DNA from: an uncultured bacterium
GTDB taxonomy: Bacteria > JAJVIF01 > JAPKYR01
Reading direction: 5' to 3'
Assembly (NCBI GenBank): GCA_965369865.1
Contig: CBDURU010000001.1
Span: 1 to 64,000, forward strand
Length of the DNA: 64,000 bases
Shown here: positions 60,098 to 64,000 of the stretch, piece by piece
How the letters are laid out: the number at the start of each line of letters is the position of its first letter
Numbering within the stretch: position 1 is the first letter of the stretch
Made by a program: the position numbers and the translations under genes
Notes under the pieces: model-generated
What the model was told of the DNA's origin: nothing
The model's input: only the letters and a program-made list of their open reading frames with translations
The model's database searches: none

Positions 60098-61780
60098 TTA
60101 CTCCACCGTCATTATAATCTTTGACCTGTATCCTTCACAGTGATAAACCCGGTTCTGAGCAATTACTGTTTTTATTGCCGAACCCGGTGGGTCGAGTGTA
60201 TTCGTATGCGGTGCGAATTTCGGGACAGCGGACGATGCAACTTCCAGGCGGAGACGATGGCCTTTGAGAATTCGCACACCTGTCGCCCACATGTCGATTT
60301 TTACATTCACTATCTCACCCGGACGGACAGGTTCCTGCTTCTCAAGTGAGTTTCTTAATGCAAGCCGAATATTTCCATCGTTCAACTGCCTTGATAAACC
60401 ATCCGGATGCACATCGCAGAGTTTCGCGCAGAATTCGGTGTCTTCGGCAGATGATTTCACCCACAGGTCAGCCCACAATCGCCCGCAAATTACCAGGTCT
60501 TTTTCGAAAATATCCGACGTGTAACACAATACATCGTCACGCTCCTCAACCGGACGCGCATCGAATGGACCTCCGATCTGGAGCGACGCCGCGTCCATTA
60601 AATATGGAGTCGGATTATCCGGATCGTAGGTGTATTCATCGTATGGGGTCAGGTCTTTATCAGGTATGTCAGTCTCATCAACCATGATATCCATCAGCTT
60701 TCCATCACCATCGAGAGTGTTCGCTTTCCCACCGGAATAAAGATAAAAAATCCGTTCTTTAAAATCCGACGGCGGCCAGTCATCATGCTCAACCCAGACA
60801 TTCGATCCCATCTCGAATAATTGGCAGCGTTTCCGATCGCCCCAGTTTTCAGGTTTCCCGCACATGACCTTATCGAGCCAGTCCATGATGAAACCGTTCA
60901 GGTCGATGATCTCATCCGGCCCGAAATCCACACCCTCTATGACAGAATTTGTATTCGTCGCGTGCGGCCACGGCCCAATCAGGAGATATTGTACGTCCTT
61001 CGATTTTGCAAGTACCCTCGCGTTCGGGAAATTGTTGTAGGTCGAAGGGCCGTCGTCATCGTACCAGCCGCAGATATGTAGCGCCGGTATATCGAGTTCG
61101 TCCATCCGGTGCATGTAACATGCGGGTTTCCAGTAATCGTCTTTCAGATGATGGTCCATCCAGTCACGCCATGGTTTAGATTCAAACCCGACCTGTTCAT
61201 CAATCCGGTTCAGCGGGCGGAAACCATACAGAGGTTCCCAGTCGTACTGCTCCACATGCTGGTTCGTGCGACCGTGCACCATCATCGCCCAGACGATCAT
61301 GTTCCACATCACCGATCCGTTCTGCCACGGGACATTCACGACCGGATCGGGAAGCGCGACAATCGGCACGATCGCTTTGACCGCGGGATGATGGCCGAAT
61401 GTCTGTACCCAGACCGAATAGCCTTCATAAGACCTTCCCAGAAGTGCGATGCTGCCATCGCAGAAATCCTGCTCCGCAAGCCACTTCTGGGCGGCAAGAC
61501 CATCGCGGGCCTCGTTGAAAAACGGTTCCCATTCGCCTCCCGAATCGTATCGTCCTCTCACATCCTGGATCGCGACAGCGTATCCGTTCGACGCGAACTC
61601 CCTGCATAACGGAATTTTTTTAACTGGATCGTTGTTATTGTATGGAGTCCTTATGAGAATACAGGGAAACGGCCCGCCAGTATCGGGTAGATAGACATCG
61701 GTTGAGAGGCGTATCCCATCATCCGCGGGACATCCGAGATCGAGGAGAACTTTGATATCGTTAATTGGTCGCTTGGACAC
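60098..61780 (-). CDS. CocE/NonD family serine hydrolase
   Basis: RTPY, QDVRGRYDSGG, GRSYEG, GWYD, GPWPH; GTG start with GGAG. Confidence 0.92.
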   Translation of the reverse strand: MSKRPINDIKVLLDLGCPADDGIRLSTDVYLPDTGGPFPCILIRTPYNNNDPVKKIPLCREFASNGYAVAIQDVRGRYDSGGEWEPFFNEARDGLAAQKWLAEQDFCDGSIALLGRSYEGYSVWVQTFGHHPAVKAIVPIVALPDPVVNVPWQNGSVMWNMIVWAMMVHGRTNQHVEQYDWEPLYGFRPLNRIDEQVGFESKPWRDWMDHHLKDDYWKPACYMHRMDELDIPALHICGWYDDDGPSTYNNFPNARVLAKSKDVQYLLIGPWPHATNTNSVIEGVDFGPDEIIDLNGFIMDWLDKVMCGKPENWGDRKRCQLFEMGSNVWVEHDDWPPSDFKERIFYLYSGGKANTLDGDGKLMDIMVDETDIPDKDLTPYDEYTYDPDNPTPYLMDAASLQIGGPFDARPVEERDDVLCYTSDIFEKDLVICGRLWADLWVKSSAEDTEFCAKLCDVHPDGLSRQLNDGNIRLALRNSLEKQEPVRPGEIVNVKIDMWATGVRILKGHRLRLEVASSAVPKFAPHTNTLDPPGSAIKTVIAQNRVYHCEGYRSKIIMTVE

Positions 61781-62167
61781 GGCAACACTCCGGAGAAAGG
61801 ATTGCTTAAGGCTATGATTGTAGTGGATGAGGGGTACCGGGGCAAGGTTGGTGACGATCCCGATCATCATCTTCCTTCCTGGTGGATGACAACGCGCAGG
61901 CACATCGGTCGTTCACCAGGAAGCAGTGCTTGATTGTCGGCGACCTTCAACATTGCCTAACTGGTCACATCGATGCCGTCGAGGAGTACATTCCGGGTGT
62001 TCGCATCGTGTATGTTATCCATCGCTTCGATTGCCAGGTTCGCCCCCTCGGCGATGGTTCCCACAGTCTAATACCAATTTTAGATTCAGGGACACCTTTC
62101 CATGAATTCAAAGCGTATAAGACCAATACCGTTAAATAAAAATTGATTGGACATATTTAGAATTTAG

Positions 62168-62207
62168 GGGGACACCTGCTTTTCGACAGGCGAAAAGAGG
62201 TGTCCCC
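62168..62207. terminator. Strong hairpin downstream of the hydrogenase operon
   Basis: GGGGACACCT-G-CTTTTCG / CGAAAAG-AGGTGTCCCC. Confidence 0.5.
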
Positions 62208-62323
62208 GATATTAGATTTACGTCGGCAAGCACGTTCGACCCGAAGATTTTCAAGGCGTGCGGGATGGAGATGTCTTACTGAGCAGGTTTGCGATCAATG
62301 AGTGTTCGTGTATTTCTCTGACC

Positions 62324-62806
62324 TCATTCTTGTGGGCATTTACGGAGGTCTCGAATCTCGCTCAGGATGCGGCTCGTGATGATCCCGACAGCGGTCTCGA
62401 CCTCCGGGGACAGGCCTTCTCCCATATTAAAATCCTTCCCTTCAACACCATAAACGATTACCCTTCGCGGAAGCTGGCCCAGTGCGCGAGCGAAACCTAT
62501 TGCCTCAGGGATGCTGAAAGCGTGGGTTGAGCATCGAAAGCTGTCAACCGGAATCTCCTCCTGAATCGCATCGAACCGGAATAGGTGCCCCGCGTCCGCG
62601 CTTGAGCGCACTGCATCGACGAGGATTACCGTGTCGGCGTTACCTAACAGTTCGATCAGTGTTGCCACTTCGCCATGGTTTTCATAAACCCGAACATCTT
62701 CGGGTGCTCGTTCACTTATCTCCCGGGCAATGACAAGCCCTACCGAGTCATCTCTGCGATGAGGATTCCCGACACCAATCACAAGAAGCCTACTGTCGTT
62801 ATCCAT
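62324..62806 (-). CDS. Hydrogenase maturation protease
   Basis: IGVGNPHRRDDSVG, LVDA, STHAFSI, GLSPEV. Confidence 0.95.
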   Translation of the reverse strand: MDNDSRLLVIGVGNPHRRDDSVGLVIAREISERAPEDVRVYENHGEVATLIELLGNADTVILVDAVRSSADAGHLFRFDAIQEEIPVDSFRCSTHAFSIPEAIGFARALGQLPRRVIVYGVEGKDFNMGEGLSPEVETAVGIITSRILSEIRDLRKCPQE

Positions 62807-62827
62807 GACAAGAATGGTACTATGGCT

Positions 62828-64000
62828 CTATTCGCGGTCTACTTTGAGGTTCAGGAAGTGGCACGAGCATGAGATGCACGGGTCGTAGTTGCGAATCAGC
62901 TGTTCACACTGCCATTGGAGTTTGTCATCGGGCAAATTGATATTTTCCTCCACAAAATTCCGGAGGTCACTCTCAATCATCCCCTGGTTCTGAGAGGTGG
63001 GCGGGATGATTTTAGCGTCGAGAATAATGCCTTTGTCATCGATCTTATAGCGATGGTAACAGGTTCCGCGTGGTGCTTCGGAGACGCCGTAGCCAACGCC
63101 CGCCCGGGGCGGGACATCGACGAAGGGTTTATCCGGCACCTCGTAATCCTCGATTATCCTTAAGCTCTCCTGAAGTGCGTACAGGCATTCCACGCTGCGA
63201 GCGATTATGCTTTTGAATGGGTTGCCGCACACCGGTTCAAGGCCCGCCTTGGCAGCAAAGTCACGGGCTGTTGGGGTGAGCAGGTTGTAACAAAGATTGA
63301 AACGGGCAAGGGGACCTACATGGTAAATCCCATGCCCCTTGCGGATGCAATGCAGCGATGTGCTGTGCTCGACATGCTCCTCCTGGAAGTTGTCCTCAAA
63401 CTTGTTAATCTCAGCAACGAGACCCTTGTTGGAAACTATCCAACCTTCATTGAACGGATACTCGTCTGGATGGCGCATGCACACAAACTCGTAATCCTGT
63501 TCGAAGTCTGGAAAGGGCAGAGAACCGGTCCAGAGAACGGTTTTCTTAGCTTCCTCAATTGCCCAATTTATCCTTTCCCTGAGAGGCTCGAGGTCCTTTT
63601 TCACCGGAACTTTGTAGAAACCGCCCACGCGAGGACTGATCGGGTGGATTTCCCTTCCGCCCAGGAGGATACAGATCTCGTTCCCCAGCTTTTTTAATTG
63701 CAAACCGCGCTGGACAACTTCGGGGTGATCCTTGGCCATCTGGATCGCATCCTGGTAACCGAGGAAGTCGGGAGCGTGGAGCATGAAGATGTGCAGGTAG
63801 TGGCTTTCCAGCCACTCACCGCACACCAGAAGCCTGCGAAGCTCCCTGATGGGTCCCTCAACCGTGACCCCGCAAGCGTCTTCCATTGCCTGTGACGAGG
63901 CCATCTGGTACGTGACGGGACAGATGCCGCAGATTCGGGCGGTGATGTCGGGAGCTTCGGTATACTTACGGCCGCGCAGGAACCCCTCGAAGAACCTTGG
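62828..64000 (-). CDS. NiFe hydrogenase large subunit, group 3b (sulfhydrogenase alpha-like), 5'-partial
   Basis: L1 [25 protein letters not shown]2 DPCISCSCH plus a cleavable tail. Confidence 0.93.
   Translation of the reverse strand, partial: PRFFEGFLRGRKYTEAPDITARICGICPVTYQMASSQAMEDACGVTVEGPIRELRRLLVCGEWLESHYLHIFMLHAPDFLGYQDAIQMAKDHPEVVQRGLQLKKLGNEICILLGGREIHPISPRVGGFYKVPVKKDLEPLRERINWAIEEAKKTVLWTGSLPFPDFEQDYEFVCMRHPDEYPFNEGWIVSNKGLVAEINKFEDNFQEEHVEHSTSLHCIRKGHGIYHVGPLARFNLCYNLLTPTARDFAAKAGLEPVCGNPFKSIIARSVECLYALQESLRIIEDYEVPDKPFVDVPPRAGVGYGVSEAPRGTCYHRYKIDDKGIILDAKIIPPTSQNQGMIESDLRNFVEENINLPDDKLQWQCEQLIRNYDPCISCSCHFLNLKVDRE

Noticed and set aside
61830..62075. Coding-like minus-strand fragment (TVGTIAEGANLAIEAMDN...VLLDGIDVTS*)
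   Set aside because: Interrupted by stops with no recognisable family; possibly a relic but unsupported.
62828..62900. NiFeSe hydrogenase / selenocysteine recoding
   Set aside because: The L2 motif DPCISC has ordinary Cys codons.

Overview
Bacterial genomic window, probably from an anaerobe (inferred from the NiFe hydrogenase, HydABC/NuoEFG-like module and sigma54 system; taxonomy cannot be assigned from the sequence alone). Left to right: a PKD-like lipoprotein and an LRR protein, carB-carA, an internally deleted IS remnant and an initiator tRNA-fMet. Next is a ~28 kb, almost entirely plus-strand catabolic cluster (Na+/solute symporter, 2 DegT-type aminotransferases, 3 secreted heparinase II/III-like lyases, 4 amidohydrolase_2 proteins, epimerase, GATase1-like, TIM-barrel isomerase, cyclase, FAH, enolase-superfamily, fucose-isomerase-like and PreA-like proteins). 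It is interrupted by an NYN nuclease gene with a structured leader and an ATT start, a peroxiredoxin plus ferritin relic, and a REP-flanked HipA-like kinase/DUF3037 pair. After that come an asparaginase, TauE, a sigma54 two-component system upstream of a NuoEFG/HydABC-like module plus a stand-alone FMN glutamate-synthase domain, two large repeat surface proteins, split LKR/SDH, aconitase X, CocE/NonD, and the end of a group 3b-like NiFe hydrogenase operon. Intergenic DNA holds several GTAG-type REP-like families and two copies of a 140-bp MITE. The best candidates for undescribed systems are the NYN gene with its RNA leader, the putative bifurcating module plus GltB2, and the lyase/aminotransferase/amidohydrolase pathway. 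All calls come from motif reading; no database searches were run.
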